Source: a virus. Taken from it: DNA of 64,000 bases. The stretch is taken from the IMG/VR virus record IMGVR_UViG_3300032053_000011, positions 32,001 to 96,000 of that record; one strand, 5' to 3'. The notes below the pieces were generated by a model, which searched no databases, was not told where the DNA came from, and worked only from the letters and a program-made list of their open reading frames with translations. Position 1 is the first letter of the stretch; every line of letters starts with the position of its first letter. The translations under genes and the position numbers were made by a program. Shown piece after piece: positions 9,502 to 18,919 of this stretch.

Positions 9502-9689
9502 CGCGGCGGCGGCGGCGCTGGTGGGAACGCGCGCGCCAGGGCAGCCCCCATCGCCAGCCCGACACCGCCGAATGCCAACGCGATCAACGTGCGTCGCATC
9601 GCGATGTTCCCGTTGTCGAGTGGCGTCGGCGGGGCACCCACCTGAGCGGATGCACCAACAGCCATGGGCATGGGCACGCTGATATTCAT
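9498..9689 (-). CDS. Small single-TM membrane protein
   Basis: RRTLIALAFGGVGLAMGAALARAF; overlap-coupled. Confidence 0.6.
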   Translation of the reverse strand: MNISVPMPMAVGASAQVGAPPTPLDNGNIAMRRTLIALAFGGVGLAMGAALARAFPPAPPPPR

Positions 9690-9937
9690 CGTGGCACCTG
9701 CCAGTGCGCGTGCGCACGTGCCATCGCACGGTGCTCAGCGCGCCGTTCGATGCCGAACCCAATGAGCAGTCCGAGGGCGGCGGCGCCAAGGGCTACTCCG
9801 AGATCGAGCCGCACGTCGCGCGCGGCCCGCACCGCCGGGTCCTCTGCGACCGCAGGCGCGGCCTCCACGAGCCCGGCAGACCGCGGCGGCGGAGCCAGCA
9901 CCGTCATGATCGGCGCGATGAGGACCGTCGTGATCAC
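9686..9937 (-). CDS. Small single-TM membrane protein
   Basis: LGVALGAAALGLLIGFGI followed by a basic tail; overlap-coupled. Confidence 0.6.
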   Translation of the reverse strand: MITTVLIAPIMTVLAPPPRSAGLVEAAPAVAEDPAVRAARDVRLDLGVALGAAALGLLIGFGIERRAEHRAMARAHAHWQVPR

Positions 9938-10905
9938 CCGATCAGCCCGAGGTCTTTCCCATGGGCCGTGCCCACCGAGCCATCTTCCCAGCGCACGGTC
10001 GCCGTCATCATCGGGCCGTGTCCCTCGAGCGCGAGAATCGTCCCATGACGTCCGGCCGATGCCCCATGGCCGAGTCGTGTGACGTGACTGCCGATGAACG
10101 AGTGCGACGGATTCGACCGCGGGCCGCTCTCATCCTTCGGCCAGAGCCACCACGCGACGCCGACCACCGCGGCGGCGCCGAGAAGCCAGGGCACGATCGA
10201 GACCTTTGCCGTCGCCGTGATCGTTCCTGGTGGGGCCGCCGCGGGCGGCGCGGGCGGCGGAGTCACTGCTGGAGGCGCTGGTGGCGCCGTTTGCGTAGCG
10301 GCCGGAGGCGGAACGACCGGCGGCGCGATCGCTGGCGCCGGAGTCTCGGTCCACGCCGAGGCGCTGAACCGTCCCGGCGTGTAGCTGGTAGCGTCGTAGA
10401 CCCGAACTCCGTATTGCGGCAACGCGGCGCCAACCGGCAGAGAGACGTCTTCGAAAACGACCTGATCATCACGACCATCGCTGGCCGCGATTGCCATCGC
10501 AAGGGCCAGGGTCTCGGCACTGATCTGTGGCCGCGAAGCCTGCCCCGAGTAGCTGCGGTCTCGCTGAAGCGCGGTCCCGACACTCGCGGGGATCGGGCGC
10601 ACCGCGCGAATCCGATCGTACGCCGCTTGGAGCCGATCGACGACGTCGTCGCCCCAGGTCTGCCACAGCGGACGGTTCGGGTCAGCGTTCGGATCGAGGG
10701 CCGCCTGCGCCCAACGCAGAAAGTCAGCACTCCTCTCGGCGCTCACCACCACGCGAAACGACGGATCCGCCAGCATGACCGCCGACGGGGCCTGGGCGGG
10801 CGGAAACTTCGTCACTGCCCAGCGCTGCGCGGTCGGTCCGGTGAGGTAGATCTCGGCGGGCAGCGTGCCGTCGCCGAAGTTGGTGCGGATCGAGGAGATG
10901 TACAT
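9934..10905 (-). CDS. Membrane-anchored protein (ectodomain, Pro/Ala linker, TM, RSNP, small SH3-like beta domain)
   Basis: PAP-rich linker, PWLLGAAAVVGVAWWLW, then RSNP and GRHGTILAL...ATVRWEDGS. Confidence 0.7.
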   Translation of the reverse strand: MYISSIRTNFGDGTLPAEIYLTGPTAQRWAVTKFPPAQAPSAVMLADPSFRVVVSAERSADFLRWAQAALDPNADPNRPLWQTWGDDVVDRLQAAYDRIRAVRPIPASVGTALQRDRSYSGQASRPQISAETLALAMAIAASDGRDDQVVFEDVSLPVGAALPQYGVRVYDATSYTPGRFSASAWTETPAPAIAPPVVPPPAATQTAPPAPPAVTPPPAPPAAAPPGTITATAKVSIVPWLLGAAAVVGVAWWLWPKDESGPRSNPSHSFIGSHVTRLGHGASAGRHGTILALEGHGPMMTATVRWEDGSVGTAHGKDLGLIG

Positions 10906-11202
10906 CGTCCGGCCAGTCTATCTGAGGTCGTGGCACAGCGCCTCTTTCAGCCATGGCGGGCTCGATCTACGACAGACCCTCGCGCCGCTCACGAGCAATT
11001 CGTAGGAAGTCGACGGGATTTTCCGTCTTGTCCCAGAGCTCGCACGTCGGACTCTGATGAAGAATTCCAGGCCGATCGTTCTCGTCGCGTACGACTTTCA
11101 CATCGGCGTTGCACTCGGGGCACTTCAACTCCGCATCGACAGTCATACACATCTTGTCCATCGAACGAATCTCCGATGCTACTGGGTCAGTGAGGGCTCA
11201 CC

Positions 11203-11526
11203 TCAGATGCCGGTCTCGCTGGTGTAGCAGCGGGCATCCACCACTTCGACGGCCTCCTCGAGAGGCCGACTCTGAGGAAAGGTGCTTGCGCGTGCGGCGA
11301 AGAACCGTGCGAGCAGGTCACGCTTGGTAGACTCTGGGAGTCCGAGCCAATATCGGCAGGCGCCTCGGCGCGGCCTCCGATCAGAGAGTTGGCGCAGGAA
11401 CTCGTCACAGTCCTCGTCCAGCTCTTGGCGCGTCTGCCGGTAGCCTGACCAAACGACATTCGCCACCGCAAGGGCGGCGACGCCGCCGATGATCCAGGGC
11501 CAGCGCGTTGGCGTGTCGGCTGCCAT
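11203..11526 (-). CDS. Small protein with N-terminal TM helix
   Basis: WPWIIGGVAALAVANVVW. Confidence 0.55.
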   Translation of the reverse strand: MAADTPTRWPWIIGGVAALAVANVVWSGYRQTRQELDEDCDEFLRQLSDRRPRRGACRYWLGLPESTKRDLLARFFAARASTFPQSRPLEEAVEVVDARCYTSETGI

Positions 11527-11664
11527 CAGATCGTCCCTTGTACTCGTCCGTTGTACGACATCCCGGCGAGGGTACCATCGGGCATTCCGTCGCGCGAGCC
11601 GCGAGCGGTGGCCATCCGGTGGACTGCGGCAGTGGCTCTGCGTTCGAGCGATATGGCGTGTCGC

Positions 11665-12306
11665 TCATGGGCTGGCCTCGTTGCGACATTGCTCGAGTTG
11701 GTGATGCATGCGGTTGCTGGCGCCATTCACGCGCCCGGCATAGCGGAAGAACTCTCGCAGGAGACGACGCTGCCTGCGAAGCGGCACGCTCCCATGCCAG
11801 TAGCTCCCTACCCAATTCGCATAGACGCGTGCGGAATGCCGTGCGGCCTGGGTCTGGGTGTACCGACGTAGCAATAGACTCGACCCGCGTCGAATGTTCT
11901 CACCCGGGTCGAACATGACCGCGCGCGCGGCGGTCTGCGTTTCGGTGCATGCTGCGGGATCATCGTGGCGTATGAACCGGACATGGTGCACGCGACGCCG
12001 ATGATGCCGTCTCCAGGTCCACCATTCCGTGCGTTGCGGACGTCCCCAGCAGCGTAACTGGGGCGCGAGGAGCTGCATTACACCGAATACCCCGTTGTCG
12101 CGATCTCGCTGGCTGCCGGTGGGATTGAAACGGCTCTCGACGTACCCAACTCCGAGGAGCAGGTCAAGCGAGAGGTGAGGCTGCACCGCAGCCATGAATG
12201 CGACAGCTTCGGCGTGCGCGATCTCATCGCGATTCGCCATCGGTACATTGTGGTCACCGCGCAGCAGCGAACAGGCGACGATGGCCGCGGTGATCCACGT
12301 CGGCAT
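11665..12306 (-). CDS. Lytic transglycosylase (SLT/lysozyme-like) with N-terminal hydrophobic segment
   Basis: LLLGVGYVESRFNP (catalytic Glu motif), GVMQL, DPGENIRRG. Confidence 0.75.
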   Translation of the reverse strand: MPTWITAAIVACSLLRGDHNVPMANRDEIAHAEAVAFMAAVQPHLSLDLLLGVGYVESRFNPTGSQRDRDNGVFGVMQLLAPQLRCWGRPQRTEWWTWRRHHRRRVHHVRFIRHDDPAACTETQTAARAVMFDPGENIRRGSSLLLRRYTQTQAARHSARVYANWVGSYWHGSVPLRRQRRLLREFFRYAGRVNGASNRMHHQLEQCRNEASP

Positions 12307-12530
12307 CAGTCGCCGTCGCGCAGAGCGGTGATGGCATCTCCGAACTCCGCGATGATCGTCGCGCTCTCCGAGGGAGAGACGATCTCCGTGACTGACGAAA
12401 CGACCGATGCATCCTCGTTCTGTTCGGCGCCTGCGAAATCGCGTAGATCCCAGTCGTTCTTGACCGGGTCGACTCGCGACCAGATTTCGATCCGCGTGCG
12501 GTAGAGCGTGCGTTCCTTGTTTCCCATGGT

Positions 12531-12668
12531 CTACTCCTTTGTCTTCGTCTTCGGCATCCTCAAGGCGGTCCAGAGCATCGCGCCGACCGCACCGATGCCA
12601 ATGAGCATCGCCATGGGGATTCCGGCGATGAGGGCCCCCGGGTTGGGCCGGGTCTGCAACCGCTTCAC
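12531..12668 (-). CDS. 45-aa membrane peptide (basic-RPNP-TM-basic)
   Basis: GTG 12668 overlaps the stop of 12665..13033: MKRLQTRPNPGALIAGIPMAMLIGIGAVGAMLWTALRMPKTKTKE. Confidence 0.55.
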   Translation of the reverse strand: MKRLQTRPNPGALIAGIPMAMLIGIGAVGAMLWTALRMPKTKTKE

Positions 12669-13033
12669 GACCGTTGCGAGACTGCGTTCGATCGCGGCGA
12701 GCGCCTTTGTGAAGTGCAGAGCGCTCTCCGCCGGATCCGTCGCAAAGCGCGCGTGAATGACTGCGTTGTGACTTTCTGCCAGTGACGCCGCGAGCAGGTC
12801 CTCGTATGCCCGACTGCCGGGTCGAGCACGCCGCCGATCATCGCCAGCACGCCGGGGTATGTCTTGCAGACGGTGCGCGCGCATTGCTCCGAACAGACTC
12901 GAATCCTTGATCCGAGGAGTCGCTCGTCATCGTCAGTCGGCGGACGGAGCCAGCCCTTCGGCAAGTCACGTTCGGCATCGACCGGCGGCATCCGTTCGCG
13001 CTTCTCGCACACGTCGCACACGAGCTCGATCAT
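12665..13033 (-). CDS. Zn-ribbon hypothetical protein
   Basis: CDVC...LPKGW...CSEQC. Confidence 0.55.
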   Translation of the reverse strand: MIELVCDVCEKRERMPPVDAERDLPKGWLRPPTDDDERLLGSRIRVCSEQCARTVCKTYPGVLAMIGGVLDPAVGHTRTCSRRHWQKVTTQSFTRALRRIRRRALCTSQRRSPRSNAVSQRS

Positions 13034-13074
13034 CCGAGTCCCCCGAAAATGATGTCACGTGGCGCCATCGCCGA

Positions 13075-13103
13075 TGTCTAGCACGGTGATAGCACTACTG
13101 CAA
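13075..13103 (-). promoter_or_regulatory. sigma70-like promoter containing a GCTAGC-N5-GCTAGC-type box
   Basis: Minus strand TTGCAG-17-TAGACA; box GCTATC ACCGT GCTAGA (13077-13093). Confidence 0.6.
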
Positions 13104-13403
13104 GCTGCAAGCAGCGGTGACCGGTGACCCGTGACCCGCCAGTCGTGCTATGAAGGTTCCGATGAACGAGCACGCAGCGCGCGAGATACGAAGACAGGCC
13201 GACGTTCAGTTCCTCATCGGGCTCGAACAGCTCGCCAGCGATGCATCGAAACCGCGGGAGCTGCGGGACCGCGCGACCGCGCTTGCGATGAAGTTTCGGA
13301 TGTACTGGATCAACATGGGCAGGTCGGGCGACCGGATGACCACCGAAGAGCGGCGGTTCTTCCACACGGCGTAACGCCACTTGTTCCATCGTGACTCTGT
13401 GGC

Positions 13404-13886
13404 TCAGCCGAAGTGCAGGCGCGGGCGCCGCTTATTTTCGGCCCATTCAAGCCAAGCGCCCCACGAAATGACCGTGAACGTACCGTTGGCAACATCGTAG
13501 AGCACGGTTGGATCGTACGTCTCACCGGTGTTCACATAGAGCGCTGCCGGTCGGCTGCTGGAATTGTCGAGGCTGACAACGCCATGGAATCCCATCAGAG
13601 CGTTCACCTCCTCGAGATATCTCTCCGCTACATCATCGTCCATGACTGGCTGCTCTGGCGGCATGGCCACCAGCAGGACCAATCGCGGCAACATCGCAGG
13701 GTCGGTGAACCGTGCCGATCTGGATCGCACAAGCCGGAGTGCGCCGTCGAGCATCGAGAAATCGATGCGCGGACCTGCATCGGACTCGATGGCGCTCATC
13801 AATGCCACCACGGTCGCCAGATCGAACTTGTCAGCGTGGGCTCTCACGAACTCGTCGAGTCGACGCCGCTCTCTTGCTCGATTCAT
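13404..13886 (-). CDS. Phage hypothetical protein
   Basis: C-terminal YVNTGETYDPTVLYD...SWGAWLE motif; overlap-coupled. Confidence 0.6.
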   Translation of the reverse strand: MNRARERRRLDEFVRAHADKFDLATVVALMSAIESDAGPRIDFSMLDGALRLVRSRSARFTDPAMLPRLVLLVAMPPEQPVMDDDVAERYLEEVNALMGFHGVVSLDNSSSRPAALYVNTGETYDPTVLYDVANGTFTVISWGAWLEWAENKRRPRLHFG

Positions 13887-14476
13887 CGACGCCCCTCGAT
13901 CACTGTGAGCATTTCAGAGAGGCTCGGCTCTGGGCGGATGGCGCTGCGCATCGCATCGCAAACCTCCGGCATGACGTCGCTCTCGTTTCGGCGAGTGAGC
14001 ACCGCGATTGCTCGCGCGACTCTGATGGCCATCCCGGCGCAGACATCCTGCGAATCGCTCATCGCATGCCGAGGACCGAGCATGTTCATGGTCGCACTCT
14101 CGACCGCGTCCATGTACTGCTGAATGGCACCGCGCTCGACGACAAGCACATTCTCCTCCGACTCACTCAGGCGCGTCGCGCGACGAAGGAGGTCGGCTAC
14201 CCGCATGCGCCATTGCGACTCTCGCTGATGGATCCAGGCGCCCCGGGCCAAGACTGCCTGCGCGATCGCACTGAACTGCTCGAGGGAAACCGGACGTCCC
14301 AAGCCAGCGTGGACAACAGCGAGGATGGCATACGGATCGGTGGACGCTCGCCAAGCTGCGGTCACCGGGTCGATCCGGCCGCCGTCCGAATATTCGACTG
14401 CCCAGGCAAGCGGCGGGGCAGTGCCTTCCCGGAAGAAGTCCAGAATGTCGTCGAGACTGCGGGATGGACGGTTCAC
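13883..14476 (-). CDS. Variable-core paralog family member (tandem array, last of four)
   Basis: APPLAWAVEYSDGGRIDPVTAAW ... DAMRSAIRPEPSLSEML. Confidence 0.7.
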   Translation of the reverse strand: MNRPSRSLDDILDFFREGTAPPLAWAVEYSDGGRIDPVTAAWRASTDPYAILAVVHAGLGRPVSLEQFSAIAQAVLARGAWIHQRESQWRMRVADLLRRATRLSESEENVLVVERGAIQQYMDAVESATMNMLGPRHAMSDSQDVCAGMAIRVARAIAVLTRRNESDVMPEVCDAMRSAIRPEPSLSEMLTVIEGRR

Positions 14477-14991
14477 GCTGGACCGCGCTCGATCCGCGCA
14501 AGAAGCTCTGACATCATGAGCGGAGGTATCTGAGCACGGATTTCATCGGCGACTCTCTGACGTGATTGCAGAGACTTACCATCGCCATCGAACAACCACC
14601 CGATCGTTTCTGTCATCAGTTGGACCAGCCAGTATACGCGTATCTCGCCGCGAGTAACGTCAGGAAGTTGATCAAGAGCGGCTCGATAGCGACCAATGGC
14701 TTTGGTCAGGGTGGCTCCTTTCCGGCCCTCCCGGATAGCTCTCATGAGAGTCGCATGGCCGAGTTCGATGAGTGCCAGCATCACTCCATGCAGTGCAGAT
14801 GGGCGGAGGTGTTCCAAGAGATCAGCCATGTGCGCTGGCTCGACAGAGTCGATCCAGGCCGCGCTTACGGGATCGATCTGTCCGCCTCTGGACCGCGTGA
14901 CTACCCATGCCAGCGGCGGAGCCGTTCCGTCCTGCGCAAAGGTCAAGACCTCCCGGATTGGGTCCTGACTCGTCGATACAGCTTTGCTCAT
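14473..14991 (-). CDS. Variable-core paralog family member (tandem array, third of four)
   Basis: APPLAWVVTRSRGGQIDPVSAAW ... ADEIRAQIPPLMMSELLARIERG. Confidence 0.7.
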   Translation of the reverse strand: MSKAVSTSQDPIREVLTFAQDGTAPPLAWVVTRSRGGQIDPVSAAWIDSVEPAHMADLLEHLRPSALHGVMLALIELGHATLMRAIREGRKGATLTKAIGRYRAALDQLPDVTRGEIRVYWLVQLMTETIGWLFDGDGKSLQSRQRVADEIRAQIPPLMMSELLARIERGPA

Positions 14992-15542
14992 GCCGAACCA
15001 CGCTCGATCCGCGCGATCAGCTCCGGGAACGTCGGCGGCACGACCTGAGAGCGGATGGCGTTGGCAACAGCGTGGTGCGCCGCCGGGGCATGGGCGATTC
15101 CTTCAGTCGCCATTCCGATGGCGTTCGCCACTTCACTGACTGACCAGTGAATAGCGTCGCGCCTGCCTTCTGGCTTGAAGACTGGGTCCACCATCACTTG
15201 TGCGCGCTCGATGGCAGATAGATATTCCTTCGAGGCTCTCGCCAATGATTTTGGCAGTCGTATCGGATCACCCAAACGAAGCACATCGGTCACCTCTTTT
15301 ATGTGCTTTATCCACACGAAACTACCGAGCTCGAGAACTGCCTGCATCGCACGACGTAATTCGACTTCGTCCTGACGAAGAACATCAAGAAGTCTTGTCA
15401 TGACGAAAACGTGTGCTGACGCATTCCAGACCGCTGTAACCGGATCTTGGCCGTCTGCCGAATGTTCGATTGCCCATCGCAACGGCGGAGCGACGCCTTC
15501 GTTCAGCCACTCGTATAGCTCGCCGATAGGGTCGGGTGTCAT
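14988..15542 (-). CDS. Variable-core paralog family member (tandem array, second of four)
   Basis: APPLRWAIEHSADGQDPVTAVW ... ANAIRSQVVPPTFPELIARIERG; ATG 15542 overlap. Confidence 0.7.
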   Translation of the reverse strand: MTPDPIGELYEWLNEGVAPPLRWAIEHSADGQDPVTAVWNASAHVFVMTRLLDVLRQDEVELRRAMQAVLELGSFVWIKHIKEVTDVLRLGDPIRLPKSLARASKEYLSAIERAQVMVDPVFKPEGRRDAIHWSVSEVANAIGMATEGIAHAPAAHHAVANAIRSQVVPPTFPELIARIERGSA

Positions 15543-16195
15543 CGATGCGGCCGTTCGATCCACGCCAGGAATTCAGCATATGTCGGTGCTGGGACATGCG
15601 CGCGAATGACATCGGAGACGATGCGATGCGCTTCGAGATCCTCGGCATGTCCAGCAGGACCTGCCAAGCCGATCGCCTGAGCAACGTGATCAACTGCCCA
15701 CATCGCTGCACCAATAGGATGCTTCTCGCCGCCGATCAATGGCTCGCGAATCGACAGTGCCGCACCGGCACGTAACGAGTCGCTATACAGACGAATGGCC
15801 GCTTCCAGCGCTGATTCTCGATCTCGAAGTTTCGGAGACTCCCCGATGAGCATGGCTCGAATGACTTGGTCTGGAAAGGTGCCCTCGTCATTCCAAACGA
15901 ATCTGCCAACTTCGAATACTGATGCGACGAGATGGATGAGATCGGCACGACCGTCCGGCGTGTCGTTCTGTTCTCGTAACCAGTAAAAGACAAGGTTGAT
16001 CATCATTCCAGGCTTGAGCGATGCCGCCCAAATCGCATTCACAGGATCAACCTGTCCACCTCGTGACCATTCAATTGCCCATGCCAATGGCGGGATAGTA
16101 TGCGTAGTCCAGAAAACATAGAGCTGATCGATCGGATCTTTTCGCAGGGACAGCCGTTCATCGGTCTTGCCCTGGCTCAGACGCTTCTTGCTCAC
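15539..16195 (-). CDS. Variable-core paralog family member (tandem array, first of four)
   Basis: IPPLAWAIEWSRGGQVDPVNAIW ... SDVIRAHVPAPTYAEFLAWIER; GTG 16195 overlap. Confidence 0.7.
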   Translation of the reverse strand: MSKKRLSQGKTDERLSLRKDPIDQLYVFWTTHTIPPLAWAIEWSRGGQVDPVNAIWAASLKPGMMINLVFYWLREQNDTPDGRADLIHLVASVFEVGRFVWNDEGTFPDQVIRAMLIGESPKLRDRESALEAAIRLYSDSLRAGAALSIREPLIGGEKHPIGAAMWAVDHVAQAIGLAGPAGHAEDLEAHRIVSDVIRAHVPAPTYAEFLAWIERPHR

Positions 16196-16926
16196 GTGCG
16201 CCCCATCGCCCACAGGCCGATGCGTCCGGTCCCGAGGGCAAGTGCATGCCCGCCGCTGATCCTGCCCCGAGTACTCGCGATGGCGGGGCCGGTCGAATGC
16301 GACGTCGACCCGCGTACCGTGATCCACTCCGCGACGGCGCGATTCTCGGGATGTCCGATGCGGCTGCCGCCCCGACTCACCAGCGACGTCGAGCCACCAC
16401 CGTCGAGATAGACCGCGAACTTCGCGCGCCGCTGCCGTAGGGCCTCTGCGAACTCGTGCATGGTGCCATGGCCCACCGCCACGAACAGCCGCCCATCATC
16501 GAGAATGCCGAGTGCGGCGCGCCAGACGCTGCTCGTGTTCACCGCGGTACTGGCATCGTTGCGGCCATTCCAGACCAGCGTCGGGTATCCCTGCACCGCG
16601 ATGCTGGCTGTCTCCGGGAAATGATTCCCGAGCATGGCGACTGCGGGTTGTCCTGGAACGACCGAGATGGTGGCGCCACGGGTGGGGTACCGTCCGGTGA
16701 TGGCGATGTCGCGCGCGCGGTCCAGCAGGAAGTAGTCTGGCGATCCGCATGGCTCTGGTGAGCACGCCGAATACATCGGTCCGTCGATGGCGATCTGGAT
16801 GTCGCCGCCGATCTGTAGCGCTTCGGCCGCACGAATCCGTCGAGCGTCGGTGCTCGAGATGGGGACCGAGGCCGTACCGAGCTGTGACGGTGCGAATGGA
16901 ATGAGGGTGACTTCGGTAGCGGCCAT
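16192..16926 (-). CDS. Phosphodiester glycosidase (NAGPA/DUF2233-like) family protein
   Basis: QGYPTLV, WRAALGILDDGRL, AVYLDGGGSTSL, NRAV. Confidence 0.75.
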   Translation of the reverse strand: MAATEVTLIPFAPSQLGTASVPISSTDARRIRAAEALQIGGDIQIAIDGPMYSACSPEPCGSPDYFLLDRARDIAITGRYPTRGATISVVPGQPAVAMLGNHFPETASIAVQGYPTLVWNGRNDASTAVNTSSVWRAALGILDDGRLFVAVGHGTMHEFAEALRQRRAKFAVYLDGGGSTSLVSRGGSRIGHPENRAVAEWITVRGSTSHSTGPAIASTRGRISGGHALALGTGRIGLWAMGRT

Positions 16927-17037
16927 CGTGAATCGATCTTACACGCCTCGTCCCGTTCACACACGTGGCGCGCAATGTCGTATGGTTGGCGCGGGAGCAA
17001 ACTTGCAGTTGAACCCGCAGTAGCCGATTCTTCGAGG

Positions 17038-17346
17038 ATGGACGCAGCCTCGGCGGAACTCCTAAAGAACGGAATTCTTGGAGCTCTTCTCTTGATCGCT
17101 CTGTTCGCGATCTATACGATGGACAAGAGGCGTGACGAAACTGCCCGCCGCAACGAGGACGCTGCGGCGGTAGTGGCGAAACGGCATGAGGAGCAGCTCA
17201 AAGCCATCCATGATCAGCGCGTCGCCGATCATCAGGCGATGGCCGCTGCGCTTTTGCGGCTGACGACGGAATGTGTTGCAATGTTGACGACGGTCAGCAA
17301 TGGGCTCGAAGCTACCAAAGAGGCGATGGATCGGTGGAGCAAGTAA
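17038..17346 (+). CDS. Holin-like single-TM coiled-coil protein
   Basis: LLKNGILGALLLIALFAIYTMDKRR then a coiled coil; architecture like BhlA/UviB-type holins. Confidence 0.5.
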   Translation: MDAASAELLKNGILGALLLIALFAIYTMDKRRDETARRNEDAAAVVAKRHEEQLKAIHDQRVADHQAMAAALLRLTTECVAMLTTVSNGLEATKEAMDRWSK

Positions 17347-17374
17347 CAACCAGCGTTTCAAGAAAGGGTATCCA

Positions 17375-17653
17375 ATGAACTCCGAGGCCAAGGCCGATCC
17401 GAGTGTTCTCGAGGCATGCGAAACGATGGAATCGAAGCTCAGTCCGGTGCTGGCGCGAGTACGTCGCTCAGCCGCGGAGCTGATCGACAACGCCGAGACG
17501 ATGGCGCGCACTGGCCGCAGCTCGAGCGACAAGTTGCACGCCGTTCGACCATCGCCTGCGGGAACTCCAGCAGTGGCCCCGGCTCCAGGCGGACTGGCGG
17601 CCGATGAAGTCGATGAACTCACCGCTCGCTTCGCGGCTCTGCGTCAGCCCTAG
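17375..17653 (+). CDS. Hypothetical protein
   Basis: AAGGG SD-like site before ATG; follows the holin-like gene. Confidence 0.5.
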   Translation: MNSEAKADPSVLEACETMESKLSPVLARVRRSAAELIDNAETMARTGRSSSDKLHAVRPSPAGTPAVAPAPGGLAADEVDELTARFAALRQP

Positions 17654-18045
17654 TCGTCGGGCAGGTCGGCCAGCAGCTCGAGATAGATCGGTGTGCGCTC
17701 GCCCACGTAGGCACCGGCGACGTTGAAGTCGAAGTACTCGACGGCTTCCTCGTAATCCATTCCGTCGCGCTGCATGAGAATCTCGATGCACTTGGCCCGG
17801 TCGTAGACGATCACCGGCTCCATCGCGCATCGCGATGCCACGCCGACGATTGCTCCCTCGAAGCCATCGGCCATCAGCATCTCTGGGTCGATCTCGGCCA
17901 GTCTCTCGCGCAGGCGCTCGTGGGCCAAGAGCTGCTCTGGAGTTTCCTCGCGGGGGACGCGTGGTGTCTCGACGTCGCCATCGTCGATGATCTCGCCGTC
18001 GCTGGCGCTCACGGAATTCCTGGGTTCCTCGCTCTTGTCGATCAT
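17650..18045 (-). CDS. Conserved phage hypothetical protein
   Basis: ADGFEGAIVG...VYDRAKCIEILM.RDGMDYEEAVEYFDFNVAGAYVGERTPIY, a motif set I recognise from phage proteins. Confidence 0.75.
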   Translation of the reverse strand: MIDKSEEPRNSVSASDGEIIDDGDVETPRVPREETPEQLLAHERLRERLAEIDPEMLMADGFEGAIVGVASRCAMEPVIVYDRAKCIEILMQRDGMDYEEAVEYFDFNVAGAYVGERTPIYLELLADLPDD

Positions 18046-18055
18046 CGTCGGCCTC

Positions 18056-18919
18056 CTACACGGGGTACTTCGCCGGATGCACCGGGCCCTCATCGGAGAC
18101 CAGGACGCTCAGGCGCGGATCTGCGAGTACGGCTAGCAGGTCGGCGGGCTGCCCGTCCACCAGCATGTTTCGCGAGATCAGCCTTACGCCGTGCGAGTAA
18201 TCGACGTATTGGTCGCTGTGACTGCTGGCGTTCAGGTCCTGGATCGGATGCGCGGCATTGCTGTACCACGCGCCATAGATCGCGACGTGATGAGGATGGT
18301 TCGTCAACGCCGGAGTGATGACGATGTCCTTCTTGTGGCCCGCGAGAAGACCGGTGCGCCCTTGTCGCGCGCGCTCGATCGCCTGATGGTGTTTCACGTA
18401 CGTCGCGGTCGCTGCGCGGCTATCGGTCTCACCGATGAATCCGATCTTCTGTGCCGCCGCGAAGATCGCGTTGACGATCTTGCGGGTGGGGAGCACTGAG
18501 TTGCGTGCATCGGCAACCGCCTGAGCCGTCTGTGGATACATCGGCGTGCGCAGCCAGTCCGCATCGGTGCCGATTCCGAAGTAGTCCGGCGCCACGTAGA
18601 TCGTGGCCGTGTGACCCGGCGCGCTGAGCTGCACTGGAACAAGCTGCGAGAGAAACGCGGGGACCTCGTCGGCTCTCGCGGCGCGCAGGATCGCTTGCTC
18701 GCGCGCGGTGTCAGACAGCGGTGCGATGACGGCGGCGAATCCGGTTCCCATGGGTACGCTCTCCGTGAAGGTGGTCTCGCGCGAGTTCGACGGGCTCGGT
18801 ATGGGGGTCGGCAAGCGGCTCGGTGTGCTCGGCGTCGTTGCTGCACGCGCCTTGGGCGCCAGGACGAACATCAGCACGCCGCCGATCGCGGCGCCCGCGA
18901 TCAGCCAGTTGCGATTCAC
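18056..18919 (-). CDS. N-terminally anchored protein with conserved uncharacterised domain (possible cell-wall enzyme)
   Basis: TM WLIAGAAIGGVLMFVL, Pro/Thr/Ser linker, then PDYFGIG.D, LPTRKIV, GHKKDIV, VAIYG, PIQ, H...YVDYSHGVRL. Confidence 0.7.
   Translation of the reverse strand: MNRNWLIAGAAIGGVLMFVLAPKARAATTPSTPSRLPTPIPSPSNSRETTFTESVPMGTGFAAVIAPLSDTAREQAILRAARADEVPAFLSQLVPVQLSAPGHTATIYVAPDYFGIGTDADWLRTPMYPQTAQAVADARNSVLPTRKIVNAIFAAAQKIGFIGETDSRAATATYVKHHQAIERARQGRTGLLAGHKKDIVITPALTNHPHHVAIYGAWYSNAAHPIQDLNASSHSDQYVDYSHGVRLISRNMLVDGQPADLLAVLADPRLSVLVSDEGPVHPAKYPV

Noticed and set aside
1994-11193. Long antisense ORFs such as 1994..3091(-), 5282..6667(+) and 9961..11193(+), and many similar ones across the window
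   Set aside because: Arg/Gly/Ala-rich shadow frames expected opposite real genes in high-GC DNA; no motifs or start signals.
13883-16195. Diversity-generating retroelement or shufflon as the source of the variable-core family
   Set aside because: No reverse transcriptase, no TR/VR pair differing at adenines, and no recombinase or inverted crossover sites are visible; divergence is spread over all codon positions.
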